Positions 1 to 11,200 of a DNA stretch of 64,000 nucleotides are shown here, in pieces; position 1 is the first letter of the stretch, and each line of letters begins with the position of its first letter. Where the stretch lies: contig CBDCRW010000006.1 in the NCBI GenBank assembly GCA_965221125.1, positions 64,001 through 128,000 on the forward strand. The letters are read 5' to 3'. The stretch comes from Alphaproteobacteria bacterium (GTDB lineage: Bacteria; Pseudomonadota; Alphaproteobacteria; UBA828). The notes under the pieces were generated by a model. The model had not been told where the DNA came from and searched no databases. It worked only from the letters and a program-made list of their open reading frames with translations. Made by a program: the position numbers and the translations under genes.

Positions 1-2
1 AG

Positions 3-416
3 GGGCAGGTCCTCTTCGAGAACGGGCGCGTGCGCGAGGCGATCGAACCCTATGCCCGCGCGGTGGCGCTAAAGGGGGATTCCGCCCTGCTGCGCCTCGG
101 CCTCGCCCGGGCGCAGATCGAGACCGGCGAGGCCGATCTGATGCTGGAGGCCGTGGCGAACCTGGAGGCGGCGAGCCGGCTGGAGCCGAAGGAGCCGCAG
201 CACTGGTATCAGCTGGGCATTGCGCGGGGGCGTGCGGGCGCGCGCGCGGCCTCCTCCCTCGCCTTCGCCGAGGCGGCCTATCTGCGGGGCGACGCCCGGA
301 CGGCGCACCGCCACGCATCCATCGCGGCGGAGGGTTTGGCATACGGCAGCGCGTCCTGGCTCAGGGCCGAGGATATCCGCAACGCCGCCGAGCAGGCGAT
401 GAAGAGGCAGCGCTGA
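3..416 (+). CDS. C-terminal TPR region of a probable M48-family (BepA/YfgC-like) metalloprotease, 5'-truncated by the window edge
   Basis: Frame open from position 3 (GQVLFENGRV...); helical TPR-like repeats; end 'WLRAEDI' and position near aroQ-accBC fit the alphaproteobacterial M48-TPR gene. Confidence 0.6.
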   Translation, partial: GQVLFENGRVREAIEPYARAVALKGDSALLRLGLARAQIETGEADLMLEAVANLEAASRLEPKEPQHWYQLGIARGRAGARAASSLAFAEAAYLRGDARTAHRHASIAAEGLAYGSASWLRAEDIRNAAEQAMKRQR

Positions 417-487
417 GTCGATTCCGCGCGCCTGCCGGCGCTAACGCGATTCCGCGCGCCTTCCGGCGCGACCGGACCGCGGATCGG

Positions 488-1480
488 TCAGATGAGGCCG
501 CCGAGGGGGGACGAGGGGTCGGCGTAGCGCTTCTTCGCCATGCGGCCGGCGAGATAGGCGAGCCGGCCGGCCTCGACGGCGTGACGCATGGCGTGCGCCA
601 TCAGCACCGGGTCGCGCGCGCCGGCGATGGCGGTGTTCATCAGCACCCCGTCGCAGCCGAGCTCCATCGCCACCGCCGCGTCCGAGGCCGTGCCGACGCC
701 GGCATCGACGAGCACGGGCACGGCGCAGCGCTCGACGATGATGCGGATGCCGACGGGGTTCTGCACGCCGAGCCCGGAGCCGATGGGCGCAGCCAGCGGC
801 ATGATGGCGGCGCAGCCCATGTCCTCTAGCCGCTTGGCCATGATGGGGTCGTCGTTGCAGTAGACCATCACCTCGAAGCCGTCCGCGATCAGGATTTCGG
901 CCGCGCGCAGAGTCTCCGGCATGTTGGGGTAGAGGGTCTCCTGATCGCCGAGCACCTCGAGCTTGACCAGCGACCAGCCGCCGGCCTCGCGGGCGAGCCG
1001 GAGCGTGCGCACGGCGTCCTCGCCGGTGAAGCAGCCGGCGGTGTTGGGCAGGTAGGTGTAGCGCTTGGGATCGACGTAATCGATCAGCATCGGCGCATTG
1101 GGATCGGTGACGTTCACGCGGCGCACCGCAACCGTGACGATCTCGGCGCCCGAAGCCTCCAGCGCCGCCGCGGTCTGCTCGAAGTCCCGGTACTTGCCGG
1201 TGCCGACGATCAGCCGCGAGCGGAAGCGCCGCCCGGCGACCTCCCACGTGTCGTCGTCGGCAGCCGCCGGCGCAGGGTCGGCGCCGCCGCCGATGAAGTG
1301 CACGATTTCGAGCCGGTCGCCGGCGGCCACAGTGGTGTGGTCGTAGGCGCTGCGCGGCACGATCTCGAGGTTGTGCTCGACGGCGATCTTGCGCGGATCG
1401 AGGCCCAATCCGCTCACGATGCTGTGGACCGACTGGGGCTCCTCGAAGTCGCGGAGCTCGCCGTTTATCTGCACCTGCAT
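488..1480 (-). CDS. thiG: Fused sulfur carrier ThiS / thiazole synthase ThiG
   Basis: ThiS-like N-terminus ending IVHFIGGG, then ThiG motifs [43 protein letters not shown]; start taken at MQVQING. Confidence 0.95.
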   Translation of the reverse strand: MQVQINGELRDFEEPQSVHSIVSGLGLDPRKIAVEHNLEIVPRSAYDHTTVAAGDRLEIVHFIGGGADPAPAAADDDTWEVAGRRFRSRLIVGTGKYRDFEQTAAALEASGAEIVTVAVRRVNVTDPNAPMLIDYVDPKRYTYLPNTAGCFTGEDAVRTLRLAREAGGWSLVKLEVLGDQETLYPNMPETLRAAEILIADGFEVMVYCNDDPIMAKRLEDMGCAAIMPLAAPIGSGLGVQNPVGIRIIVERCAVPVLVDAGVGTASDAAVAMELGCDGVLMNTAIAGARDPVLMAHAMRHAVEAGRLAYLAGRMAKKRYADPSSPLGGLI

Positions 1481-1657
1481 GGGTGAGGTTCCGTGAAAAA
1501 TCCGCACGCTGCCGCAATGTTGCGGCCTCATCTGGAGTATTGGTGAGTAACATGGCGATTTCAACCGGCCAAGGCGGCGGCGGACACGCGGATTGAAGCC
1601 CGAGTCCCCGCCGTGCTAGACCGGACATGCGGGCGGGCATCACGACCCGGTGCGGTC

Positions 1658-2101
1658 ATGAGTCACAATATCTTGATTCTGAACGGCCCTAACCTCAATA
1701 TGCTGGGGTTGCGGGAACCTGAGATCTACGGTCGCGAGACCCTGGACGACATTCGCGCGCGGTGCGAGCGCCACGCGGAGGGTTGCGGGCTCGCGGTCGA
1801 TTTCAGGCAGAGCAACCATGAGGGCGAGCTGATCGACTGGATTCAGCAGGCGCCGAAGGCGCACGCCGGCATCATCCTCAATCCCGGCGGCTACACCCAC
1901 ACGTCGGTCGCCATCATGGACGCGCTGCGCGCCGTGGCGCTGCCTGCCATCGAGCTGCACCTCTCGAACATCCACCGGCGCGAGCCCTTCCGCCGGCGCT
2001 CCTATGTCGCGCAAGCCGTGCAGGGCTCGATCTGCGGCTTCGGCGCCGACGGCTACCTGCTCGCGCTCGACGGGATGCGCGCGCTCTTGACGGAGGACTG
2101 A
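1658..2101 (+). CDS. aroQ: Type II 3-dehydroquinate dehydratase
   Basis: [48 protein letters not shown] motifs. Confidence 0.97.
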   Translation: MSHNILILNGPNLNMLGLREPEIYGRETLDDIRARCERHAEGCGLAVDFRQSNHEGELIDWIQQAPKAHAGIILNPGGYTHTSVAIMDALRAVALPAIELHLSNIHRREPFRRRSYVAQAVQGSICGFGADGYLLALDGMRALLTED

Positions 2102-2105
2102 CGCG

Positions 2106-2606
2106 ATGGCGGTGAAGCCTGTGCCGGATGCCCGGCCGGAAGACCCGGAGCCCGTGTTCGGACCCGATATCGAGTTGATCCGCGCGCTTGCCGCGGTGCT
2201 CGACGAGGCAGGTCTTACCGAGATCGAGATCGGCGAGGGCGCGAACCGCATCCGCATCGCGCGCCAGACGGCGGTGGGCGCAGCGCCCCCGCCTGCGGCT
2301 GCCGCGCCCCCGGTGGCGGCCGTGCCCGTGGCGCAGGCGGAGCCCCCTGCGCCGCCGGATGCGGACGACGACCCCGGCGCCGTGACCTCCCCGCTCGTCG
2401 GCGTCGTCTACGTGGCGCCGGAGCCCGGCGGGCGCCCCTTCGTCCTGGTGGGCGACGAGATCAACGAGGGCGATACGCTCTTCATCGTCGAGGCGATGAA
2501 GACGATGAACCCCGTCCGCGCCCCGCGCGGCGGCCGTGTCACGCGGATTCTCGCCGAGAACGGTGCCAGGGTCGAGTACGGCGAGGTCCTGCTGATCCTC
2601 GAGTGA
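2106..2606 (+). CDS. accB: Acetyl-CoA carboxylase biotin carboxyl carrier protein
   Basis: Ala/Pro linker and EAMKTMN biotinylation motif; lies between aroQ and accC. Confidence 0.95.
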   Translation: MAVKPVPDARPEDPEPVFGPDIELIRALAAVLDEAGLTEIEIGEGANRIRIARQTAVGAAPPPAAAAPPVAAVPVAQAEPPAPPDADDDPGAVTSPLVGVVYVAPEPGGRPFVLVGDEINEGDTLFIVEAMKTMNPVRAPRGGRVTRILAENGARVEYGEVLLILE

Positions 2607-2611
2607 GGCCG

Positions 2612-3970
2612 ATGTTCGACAAGGTCCTGATCGCCAACCGGGGGGAGATCGCGGTCCGGATCATTCGCGCCTGCCGGGAGTTCGGCATCAAGACGGTCGC
2701 CGTTCATTCCACGGCCGACGCGGAGGCGATGCACGCGAGGCTCGCGGACGAATCGGTCTGCATCGGCCCGCCTGCGCCCCGGGAGAGCTACCTCAACATC
2801 CCGGCCATCATCGCCGCCGGCGAGATCACCAACGCCGACGCGATCCACCCCGGATACGGCTTCCTCTCCGAGAGCGCCGACTTCGCGACCATCGTGGAAG
2901 AGCACGGCTTCATCTTCATCGGCCCGACGCCGTCGCACATCACGCTGATGGGCGACAAGATCCGCGCCAAGCAGACTGCGGCCGAGCTCGGCCTGCCGGT
3001 TGTGCCGGGCTCCGCGGACGCGCTGGAGGGGGCCGACGCCTTCGCCGAGGCCGCCGACGAGATCGGCTATCCGGTGCTCATCAAGGCGGTGGCCGGCGGC
3101 GGCGGGCGCGGCATGATGCGGGTCGACCGCCGCGAGGAGCTGGCCGTGGCGGCCGGCACGGCGCGCGCCGAGGCCGAGGCGGCTTTCGGCAACGACGCGC
3201 TCTATCTGGAGAAGCTGGTCGCGGCGCCGCGCCATATCGAGGTGCAGGTGCTGGCGGACCAGTTCGGCAACGCGGTGCATCTGGGCGAGCGCGACTGCTC
3301 GCTCCAGCGCCGCCACCAGAAGGTGCTGGAGGAAGCGCCCTCGCCGGCGCTCGACGCCGAGCGGCGGGCGGAAATCGGCGAGCGCGTCCGCACCGCCGTC
3401 CGCGAGCTCGGCTATCGCGGGGTCGGCACGCTGGAATTCCTCTACGAGGACGGCGCCTTCTACTTCATGGAGATGAACACGCGCATCCAGGTGGAGCATC
3501 CCGTCACCGAGATGATCACCGGGGTCGACCTCGTTCAGGAGCAGCTCCGCGTCGCCGCCGGCGAGCCCTTGGCCTTCGGCCAGGCGGACATCCGCTTCGA
3601 GGGCCACGCCATCGAATGCCGCATCACGGCGGAGGACCCCGAGACCTTTCACCCCTCGCCCGGCACCGTCAGCGGCTACCACACGCCGGGCGGGCCTGGC
3701 GTGCGCATCGATTCCGCGCTCTACGACGGCTACCGGATCCCGCCCTACTACGACAGCCTCATCAGCAAGGTGATCGCGCAGGCGGGCGACCGCTCGGCCT
3801 GCCTGATGCGGCTCCGACGGGCGCTGGAGGAATACGTCATCCAGGGCATCTCGACCACGATCCCGCTGCACCTGCGGCTGCTCGCCAGCAAGGCGTTCGC
3901 GGACAGCGCCTACGACATCCACTGGTTCGAGCGCTTCGTGACGGAGACCAGCGCAGACCCCGGCACCTGA
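2612..3970 (+). CDS. accC: Biotin carboxylase
   Basis: [49 protein letters not shown]. Confidence 0.97.
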   Translation: MFDKVLIANRGEIAVRIIRACREFGIKTVAVHSTADAEAMHARLADESVCIGPPAPRESYLNIPAIIAAGEITNADAIHPGYGFLSESADFATIVEEHGFIFIGPTPSHITLMGDKIRAKQTAAELGLPVVPGSADALEGADAFAEAADEIGYPVLIKAVAGGGGRGMMRVDRREELAVAAGTARAEAEAAFGNDALYLEKLVAAPRHIEVQVLADQFGNAVHLGERDCSLQRRHQKVLEEAPSPALDAERRAEIGERVRTAVRELGYRGVGTLEFLYEDGAFYFMEMNTRIQVEHPVTEMITGVDLVQEQLRVAAGEPLAFGQADIRFEGHAIECRITAEDPETFHPSPGTVSGYHTPGGPGVRIDSALYDGYRIPPYYDSLISKVIAQAGDRSACLMRLRRALEEYVIQGISTTIPLHLRLLASKAFADSAYDIHWFERFVTETSADPGT

Positions 3971-3980
3971 CGAAGACGGC

Positions 3981-4652
3981 ATGACCACGGTCGAGCTCAC
4001 GCCCGCGCTGATTCTCAGGGCGTACGGCTGCGGTCTCTTTCCCATGGCCGAGGGCAAGGCGGAGCGGGACGTCTTCTGGGTCGACCCCGAGACGCGGGGC
4101 GTCATCCCGCTGGACCGCTTTCACGTGGCCCGGCGGCTTGCGCGCACGGTCCGCGCCGGGCGCTTCCGCGTCACCGTGGACCGCGACTTTCCCCGCGTCG
4201 TGAGGGGCTGCGCGCGGCGCACCGGGCGCAGGCCGGAATCCTGGATCAACGGGCCCATCTTCGAGGCGTACTGCGCGCTGCACCGGCAGGGGCACGCCCA
4301 CAGCGTGGAGGCCTGGTGCGACGATGCGCTGGCGGGCGGCCTCTACGGCGTGGCGCTGGGCGCGGCGTTCTTCGGCGAGAGCATGTTCAGCGCCGAGCGC
4401 GACGCCAGCAAGGTGACGCTGGTGCACCTGGTCGCGCGCCTGAGAGCGGGCGGCTACACCCTGCTGGATACCCAGTTCGTCACCCCGCACCTGCGCCGCT
4501 TCGGCGCGGTCGAGATGCCGCGGGCGCGCTACCTCTCGCAGCTCGCGGACGCGCTCTCCCGGCAGGCGACCTTCTACCCGGCGGGCTTCTCCGACGCGAC
4601 GGTATCGTCTGCCGGCGCGGCGGCGGCGCAGGCCAGCACCCAGATGTCGTAG
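3981..4652 (+). CDS. aat: Leucyl/phenylalanyl-tRNA--protein transferase
   Basis: [43 protein letters not shown]. Confidence 0.95.
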   Translation: MTTVELTPALILRAYGCGLFPMAEGKAERDVFWVDPETRGVIPLDRFHVARRLARTVRAGRFRVTVDRDFPRVVRGCARRTGRRPESWINGPIFEAYCALHRQGHAHSVEAWCDDALAGGLYGVALGAAFFGESMFSAERDASKVTLVHLVARLRAGGYTLLDTQFVTPHLRRFGAVEMPRARYLSQLADALSRQATFYPAGFSDATVSSAGAAAAQASTQMS

Positions 4653-4996
4653 ACCGGGTGCTCCAGCGCCGCGAGGCCCGGCGTCGACGAGAACATCCAG
4701 CCGGTATAGAGGCGCACCGCGCTCTCGTCGTGGTGAACCTCGTCGATCTCGAGGAAGGCCGCGTTCTCCGGCGGCTCCTCCGGCGGCGCGGCATGACAGG
4801 CGCGGACGACGATACGGAGGGTGCCGAAGCGGACCGGCTGGTCGAGCGGCGCCTCCAGCTCGGAGGTGCGCGCCACCACTTTGTCGAGCGCCTGGAGCAC
4901 GGCAACAGGACGCTCGGCCGCGCCGGCGCCTGAGCCGCCGGCGAGCGCCGCGCCGAGCGCTGCGCCCGCGGCCAGCAGTACGAAACCGGGCCTCAC
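4574..4996 (-). CDS. DUF2155 family exported protein
   Basis: Signal peptide; [43 protein letters not shown]; usual neighbour of aat and mlaD. Confidence 0.85.
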   Translation of the reverse strand: MRPGFVLLAAGAALGAALAGGSGAGAAERPVAVLQALDKVVARTSELEAPLDQPVRFGTLRIVVRACHAAPPEEPPENAAFLEIDEVHHDESAVRLYTGWMFSSTPGLAALEHPVYDIWVLACAAAAPADDTVASEKPAG

Positions 4997-5437
4997 CTAC
5001 TCGGTGCCGAACGCGAACTTGCCGATCAGCTCCTCGAGCAGGAGCGAGGATTGTGTATACGCGATGCGGCCGCCGTCCTCGATGAGCGCCTCCTCGGCGC
5101 CGGGCTGAAGGTCGATGAACTTGCCGCCGAGCAGGCCGTCGCTCACCACCGCCGCGGTGGAATCCATCGGCAGCTCGACCGTTTCGTCGATGCTCATGCG
5201 CAGCACGGCGCGGAAGGTCTCGGGCTCAAGGGTGCGCTCGATCACCGTGCCGACCTTGATGCCGCCGATGCGGACGTCGGAGCCATTGGAGATGCCGTCC
5301 ACGCGGTTGAACGCCGCGCTCACCTCGTAGCCGCTGGCCGTGGCGACGCCGCTCTTGTTGTAGGCGAAAACCAGGAAGCCGATGGCCACCGCCAGCACCA
5401 CCGCACCCAGCAGGGTCTCGACCAGGCTTCTCGACAT
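4997..5437 (-). CDS. mlaD: MCE-domain lipid asymmetry maintenance protein MlaD
   Basis: N-terminal TM (ETLLGAVVL), MCE motif GSDVRIGGIKVG, SDGLLGGKFIDLQPG. Confidence 0.9.
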   Translation of the reverse strand: MSRSLVETLLGAVVLAVAIGFLVFAYNKSGVATASGYEVSAAFNRVDGISNGSDVRIGGIKVGTVIERTLEPETFRAVLRMSIDETVELPMDSTAAVVSDGLLGGKFIDLQPGAEEALIEDGGRIAYTQSSLLLEELIGKFAFGTE

Positions 5438-5580
5438 GGCGACCTCCTTCCCTGCCACTGGCGTGACGACTGCGGCCCCGTCCGGCCGAGGCAGGGCCGC
5501 GCCGAGTCGCAGTTTGCCATAGCGTACCCGGTCTCGGGTACGGGCTGGGGCGTTTCCGTTATAGACGAAAACGCCCCAGC

Positions 5581-5691
5581 CATTTGTCGCTCACGGCGGC
5601 CGGCTTTCAGCCGGCGCCTGCGCGGGCGCGCCGCATTCGCGGCGGGCCGCGGTCGCGGCCTGTCGCGCGTCCGTCGGGGACGGACGCGCTC
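5581..5691. repeat. GC-rich multi-hairpin interspersed repeat, copy 1
   Basis: Aligns to 17714-17815 (catttRtcgctcacggc...gcgcgccgcattcgcggcgggccgcggtcgcggcctg...gcgcgtccgtc...cggacgcgctc); five consecutive short inverted repeats. Confidence 0.8.
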
Positions 5692-5715
5692 TTGGTTGCC
5701 AACGCTGGGTTGAGG

Positions 5716-8289
5716 CTAAGCGCCGGCGGACAGGTCGATGCCTCGCGCGGCGACGAAGTCGCGGTAGGGCGCGAACGCCTCGTCCACCGCGTCTGGCGTG
5801 AGGCCGTAATCCTCCAGGCTGTACTCGTGGCGCGGTTCCTGCCGGCGCTGCTCGGCCTGGAGGGCGAGCCAGTCCTCCATGGCGTCGGCAGTATCCGTGC
5901 CAAGCGGCCAGCCGAGGCGGGCGTAGATGGCCCTCACGACGGCCATCGGGTTATCGACCAGATCGGCATAGCGCACGTCGACCCAGCGCTCTTCCAGCGC
6001 GGGATTCGAGGCACGGAATTGCGTGGCGTCGTTGAGCATGCCGCTCATGAACGCCAACTGCTCGGCGCCGGTCTCGTGCGGCGGTCTCGGCTCCGTGGCG
6101 AAGCCGCGAAGCCGCTCCGCCAGGCTGTTCCAGGACGCCATGAACTGCACAGGCTCGCGGTGGGTCTGGATGAAGACCGCGTCGGGATAGGCCTCAAGCA
6201 GCGCCTCCAGTTCCTTGAGGTGGAAGGGTGCCTTGAGCAGCCAGTGCCGTTGCCCTTCCGGCTCTCGCTGCCGGTGCTGCCAGGTAAAGTTCTGCATGAC
6301 GCGCCGGTGATGCGCATAGACCTCGCGGGATCCGGCTGTGGCCAGCCAGCGGCCATACCCTGGCACGTGATGCGCGATGGTGAAGGCCCAGGTCCTGAAG
6401 GCGAGCCAAAGGAGCATGAAGTCCTCCTCCGGCTCGCTCATGTCAACGCGGTGAAGCCCGGCGAGCGCGTCGACGGCCCCGGTCGCGTTCAACACCTCTT
6501 CCGCGTAGACCCGGCGGGGATCCTCTGCCGTCCAGGCGACGGTGCCGTATTCGCCGGTGGACAGCACCGGCTCAGTCAACTCGTACCGGCGCAATGCCCA
6601 GAACTGAGGATCACGTGACAGGAGGCGATGCAGAAATGTCGTGCCGGTCCGATTGATGCCGGCGACGAAAACCGGGCGCTCGATCTCTTCTCGCTCGATT
6701 TCGGGGTGCTGCTGGCGCTCCCTCGCAAGCGTGGCGTTGTTGCGCAGCGCGCGGGTCAGCCCGTAGATAACATGACTGATCGCCTTCTCCCGCAGCCCGG
6801 CCTCGGGCGATTTCAGCGCCTCGATCAGTTGCTTGAGCCCCTCCAGCTTCCATGCGGGATAGGCCTCTTCGAAGGGGACACCCATGCGCCGGGCGTACGT
6901 CTCGGCCTGAGCGACCAGACCTTCGAAGTCCAGGCGGGCCTGCGGGACGGAGTGGGGCCATTTCTCCTCGTTTCGTCTGAGCCAGTCGTATGAGCGGGCG
7001 TGGCGGACCAGCAATGCCGGCCACTTGATCGGGCGCGGGCAGTCCTCCCGAATGGCACGATCGCTGATCGGCAACGTTTGGCGGATCTTGTCCTCGCTGA
7101 ACCAGTAGGGCGCGAAATGGTCGAACAGCACCCACTGCCCGTGCAGCGGAGACTCCTCGCCGACCGTCTGGCACGAACGCCTGAAGGACTGATACGAGAC
7201 TTCCTGCCAATAGAACCCGAACTCCGCCAATTCGAGATCCTCATGCGGCGGCTCTGGGTCACAACAGTGATAGACGGTGAAACGCCGATCAGGGTTCAGG
7301 GAGATCGCCGCACATATTTCGATAACCGTGTCCACCGGCTCGGACTGCCTTTGTGTAGTAAAGCCTCGCGGCACCTTCTCCAGTTGAGTGGCCGCAGCAA
7401 ACAGCCGGGTCGGGAAGTCGTTCGCGTGCGTATACCCTGTGCTGGGTAACCCCATCAGCGGCAGGCGAAAGATTGCGGTCGGCACGCCGGCCGACCTCGC
7501 GGACAGCACGCCTTGCTCGGCCACCAGCTTGCTCCACGGATAGCCGACGACGCCGAGCGGAAAGATATTCTTCATTTCAGTGACGTCGGGCGACATTTGA
7601 TCGTCGATGCGGCTCTGACTGTACTCCCGCGCAAAGTTGCAGAAATACGCAGGAAATATGCCCATGCTGGAGACGTAAAACAGGTGCTTGATTCGAGTCC
7701 GCAAACACAGCTCGAGCAGGGGACGAACGCCGAGCACGTTCGCCTCGCGTATGTCATCGTAGGGCACGACCAGGCCCACGTCGGCGGCGACGTGATAGAC
7801 CGCATCGATCTGCCGGGAGAAACCCTCGAACGCGACATCGCTCAGGCCGAAGCGTTCCTCGGTGACGTCGCCGGGCACCACCCGCAGGCGCGGCGCAAAC
7901 GCGTCCTCCCAGATTTCCGCCTGCTCCAGGGCATCGCGCAGCCGCTGGAAGCCGTGTTCGACGCTCTCGGCGCGGATCAGGCAGTGAACAATCAGGCGGT
8001 CGTTCTGCCGCAGAAGCTCGCGCAGGAGGAAACGCCCGACGAAGCCGGTCGCGCCCGTCAGCAGGACCTCTCGAAAGTCGTCTGGCGACACGGCCTCGGC
8101 CGGCGTCTCGCGCGAGCGCGCCGCATGAACGACGCGGCGCAACTCGTCCACGTCTTTCTGGCAGTGCGGCGGCAACCGGCCGATGAGCGGCGGCACCGCC
8201 CGGTCAGAGGCGGATGGTGCGGCCATCGTGTCGGCCCGGGATATTGCATATGCCATGGCGGAGTCCGTTCTCCTGCAGCCGGATTGCAC
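5716..8289 (-). CDS. swfB: Thioester reductase (R) - sulfotransferase (ST) fusion, SwfB-type; start uncertain (8289 GTG, 8256 or 8226 ATG)
   Basis: R domain: VLLTGATGFVG, YHVAA, GYPWSK (YxxxK); ST domain: VFVAGINRTGTTFLHRLL (PAPS loop), WLLKAPFHL, IQTHREP, HEYSLEDYGL; abuts the PKS stop codon. Confidence 0.85.
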   Translation of the reverse strand: MQSGCRRTDSAMAYAISRADTMAAPSASDRAVPPLIGRLPPHCQKDVDELRRVVHAARSRETPAEAVSPDDFREVLLTGATGFVGRFLLRELLRQNDRLIVHCLIRAESVEHGFQRLRDALEQAEIWEDAFAPRLRVVPGDVTEERFGLSDVAFEGFSRQIDAVYHVAADVGLVVPYDDIREANVLGVRPLLELCLRTRIKHLFYVSSMGIFPAYFCNFAREYSQSRIDDQMSPDVTEMKNIFPLGVVGYPWSKLVAEQGVLSARSAGVPTAIFRLPLMGLPSTGYTHANDFPTRLFAAATQLEKVPRGFTTQRQSEPVDTVIEICAAISLNPDRRFTVYHCCDPEPPHEDLELAEFGFYWQEVSYQSFRRSCQTVGEESPLHGQWVLFDHFAPYWFSEDKIRQTLPISDRAIREDCPRPIKWPALLVRHARSYDWLRRNEEKWPHSVPQARLDFEGLVAQAETYARRMGVPFEEAYPAWKLEGLKQLIEALKSPEAGLREKAISHVIYGLTRALRNNATLARERQQHPEIEREEIERPVFVAGINRTGTTFLHRLLSRDPQFWALRRYELTEPVLSTGEYGTVAWTAEDPRRVYAEEVLNATGAVDALAGLHRVDMSEPEEDFMLLWLAFRTWAFTIAHHVPGYGRWLATAGSREVYAHHRRVMQNFTWQHRQREPEGQRHWLLKAPFHLKELEALLEAYPDAVFIQTHREPVQFMASWNSLAERLRGFATEPRPPHETGAEQLAFMSGMLNDATQFRASNPALEERWVDVRYADLVDNPMAVVRAIYARLGWPLGTDTADAMEDWLALQAEQRRQEPRHEYSLEDYGLTPDAVDEAFAPYRDFVAARGIDLSAGA

Positions 8290-11200
8290 TACTCGGCCGC
8301 CATGGCCTTGGCGGCGCTATTTCCGGAGCACGGCGCCGGCGGGAAGTGATCCTCAGGCGGGCTCGCGAACACCGAGGGCTTGCGGCGAACGCGGCGCGCG
8401 GCGGCGAGGGGCGCATCCAGGGTCCCGCCGTCTTCGTCGTCGGCGTCCGTCCCGTCGTCCGTCTCCGTTCCATGGACGATGGCATGCGCCAGCGACTGGC
8501 ACGAGGCCGTGGTCATCAGCTCCAGCGCGCTCGCCTGGAAGCCGAACTCGCTCTGAATGAACGCCCCCAGCTCGGCGACGGAGATGGAGTTGAGCCCGAA
8601 GCTGGAGAGGGGCTCTTCCAGGCCGCCCTCGTCGTGGCCGCAGAGCTCGGCGACCTTGGCGGCGATCTGCGCCATCACACCATCGACCGTCAGCCGCTCG
8701 TCGGTGCCGACCGCGAACGCGTCCTGGTTGCTCATCAGGCGGCCGGTGCGCATGTGGTCGGCGGAGTCCACGCTCCAGAGGAGGCGCTTGAAGAGCGCGG
8801 TGATCAGGTGGTCGCTCCCGCCCATCGTGCGCAAGGCGTAGTCGAGGTTGGCGACCGCGAAATAGCTGCTGACCGGCGGCATGCCTGCGGCCTTCATCAG
8901 GCGGAGCACGCCGAGGTTGCGCGCGGCCATGCCCGCGTCCGCAACCGCCGCCAGGTTGTAGGAGAGCGCCGGCAGGCCGTCGCGGCGGCGGCAGGCGGCG
9001 AGGCCGTCGAGATAGGCGTTGGCGGCGCTGTAGTTGATCTGCCCCGGATTGCCGAAGGTGGACGACGTGGACGACACCATGACGAAGTGATCGAGGGCGA
9101 GGCCGGCGGTGGCGCGGTGGAGATTGAGCGCGCCCCTGGCCTTGGGCGCGAACACGCGGGCGACGGAGTCCGCCGAGAGGTCAGCCAGCAGGCAGTCGTC
9201 CAGCGCGCCGGCGAGGTGGAACACGCCCTTGAGCGGCCGCTTCACGTCGGCGACGCAGCGGCGCACGTCCGCCTCTAACGCGACGTCGCCCTGGACCAGA
9301 TCGATCTCGATCCCCTTCCCGATGTCCGCAAGCGTCGTGGACCGGCGCAGCCAGGTCTCGCTGCGCCGGCGCTCGGGGTCGCGGTCCATCAGGGTGAGGT
9401 GGCGGGCGCCGGCGGTCGCCAGGTATGGCAGGAGCCGCTGGCCGAAGCCGCCCAGACCGCCGGTCACGAGATAGGTGGCATCCGGGTCCAGCAGCGGCCG
9501 CCGGTCGTCGATGGGGAAGTCGGGAGCGGCCCCCGCCGGCGGCGCCTGCAGCACCAGCTTGCCCTGGTGCTGGCCCGAGGTCATGAGGCGGAGCGCCTTC
9601 GCATAGTCGCCGTAGGGGAAGACGGTGACCGGCAGCGGCGGCACCACGCCGCGATCGAGCAGGTCGAGGCAGGCCTGGGAAAGCTCGCGCGACAGGAGCG
9701 GATCGTCCACCATCAGGCGGTCGAGGTCGATGGCGGCGAAGCGCAGGTTCTTGCGGAAGACACGGAGGCCGAGGGCGCTGTCGGCGTAGATGTCGACCTT
9801 GCCGATCTCGCAGTGCCAGCCGCCCGGCCGCAAGGCTTCCAGGCAGAGGGACACGTGGCGGCCGGCCAGCGAGTTCAGCACGACGTCGACGCCCTGGCCG
9901 CCGGTTGCCGCCATCAGCCCCTCGTACCAGTCCTCGCTGTGGGAATCGAAGGCCGCCCGCACGCCGAGCGCGCGCAGCTGCTCGCGCTTGCTCTCGCTGC
10001 CCGCGGTGGCGTAGACCTCCGCGCCCACGTCGCCTGCGAGCGCGATGGCGGCCTGCCCGATGCCGCCCATGGCCGAGTGGATGAGGACGCGCTGGCCCTT
10101 GCGAAGCCGCGCCAGGTGAATGAGGGCGTAGTAGGAGGTGACGTAGACCGAGAGCGACGACGCGGCTTCCTCCATGCTGAGGCCGGCGGGCTTCGGGAAC
10201 ACGCGGTGCTGGCCCACCACCGCGCGGTTGGCGATGCAGCCGCCGTCCACGAAGACCACCTCGTCGCCGGGCTCCAGGCCGTCGACCGCCATGCCGGCGC
10301 GGCGGACCACGCCGCTCGCCTCCATGCCCACCTCGCGGCCGAGGGCCGAGCGCTCGTAGGCCAGCGCCGGCAGCAGGCCGAGCGTCACCATGACATCGCG
10401 GAAGTTGAGCGCCGCTGCGGCCACGTCGATCTCCACGTGGTGCGGGCCGAGCGGCGGCGGCTCGCAGGTCTTCATCTGCAGGCCGGCGATCTGGCCTGCG
10501 TTCTCCAGGAAGAGCCGATAGGGCGGGTCTTCCCCGGCAGGCACGGGCGGGAACGGCGCCCGGTCGCTCAGCACCCGCGGCGCCCAGAGCCGGCCGTCGC
10601 GCACGCCAAGCTCGCGCTCGCGCAGGTCGTGCCGCGCGAGCCACGCGAGGGTCTTCAGGTCATCGGCCGAGCCCAGGTCCACGAGGCGGAAGTCGAGCTT
10701 CGCCTCCTCGGCGACCTCCGCCGCCATGCTGCGCACCGCTCCCCAGAGCGCGCTGCCGCGCGCATCCTCGGCATCCAGGACTGCCTTGCGGGTCGCCACA
10801 GTGACGCGGCAGCGGCAACTGGCTTCGTCGATCCTGTAGGGGACCAGCGACTGGATGAAGGCGACGAAGAGCGAGACCGCCTTCTCGCCGGTCGGATCCT
10901 CCGCATCCCGGTCGAAGAAGACGTCGATCGCGTGCACGTCCGCCGCATGCGGGCAGGCCTCAGGATCGAGGCGGTCGTCGGACGCGAGGGCCTCGTAGGG
11001 GAGCGGATGGACAGAAGGATCGTCGAGCAGGTCTGCCCAGGCGGTGGCCAAGCTCTGCGGCTCGCCCAGCACCCAGCGGGGGCCCGGCAGCACCGCGTCG
11101 TCCGGCGCGTCCACGCGGTGGGGCGGCGCCTGCAGCAGGGTCGAGCGCCGGCCGGTGCGCAGCGTGGTCCAGCCGGCGGCGGGCTCGATGACGGTGCCGT

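Noticed and set aside
488-1480. ThiS-ThiG fusion as a novelty
   Set aside because: Known fusion in Alphaproteobacteria
1481-1657. Possible TPP riboswitch upstream of thiS-thiG
   Set aside because: No CUGAGA core or other TPP aptamer motif on the minus strand
4574-4652. 79-bp convergent overlap of aat and DUF2155
   Set aside because: Low-complexity tails of a commonly adjacent gene pair; no sign of special function
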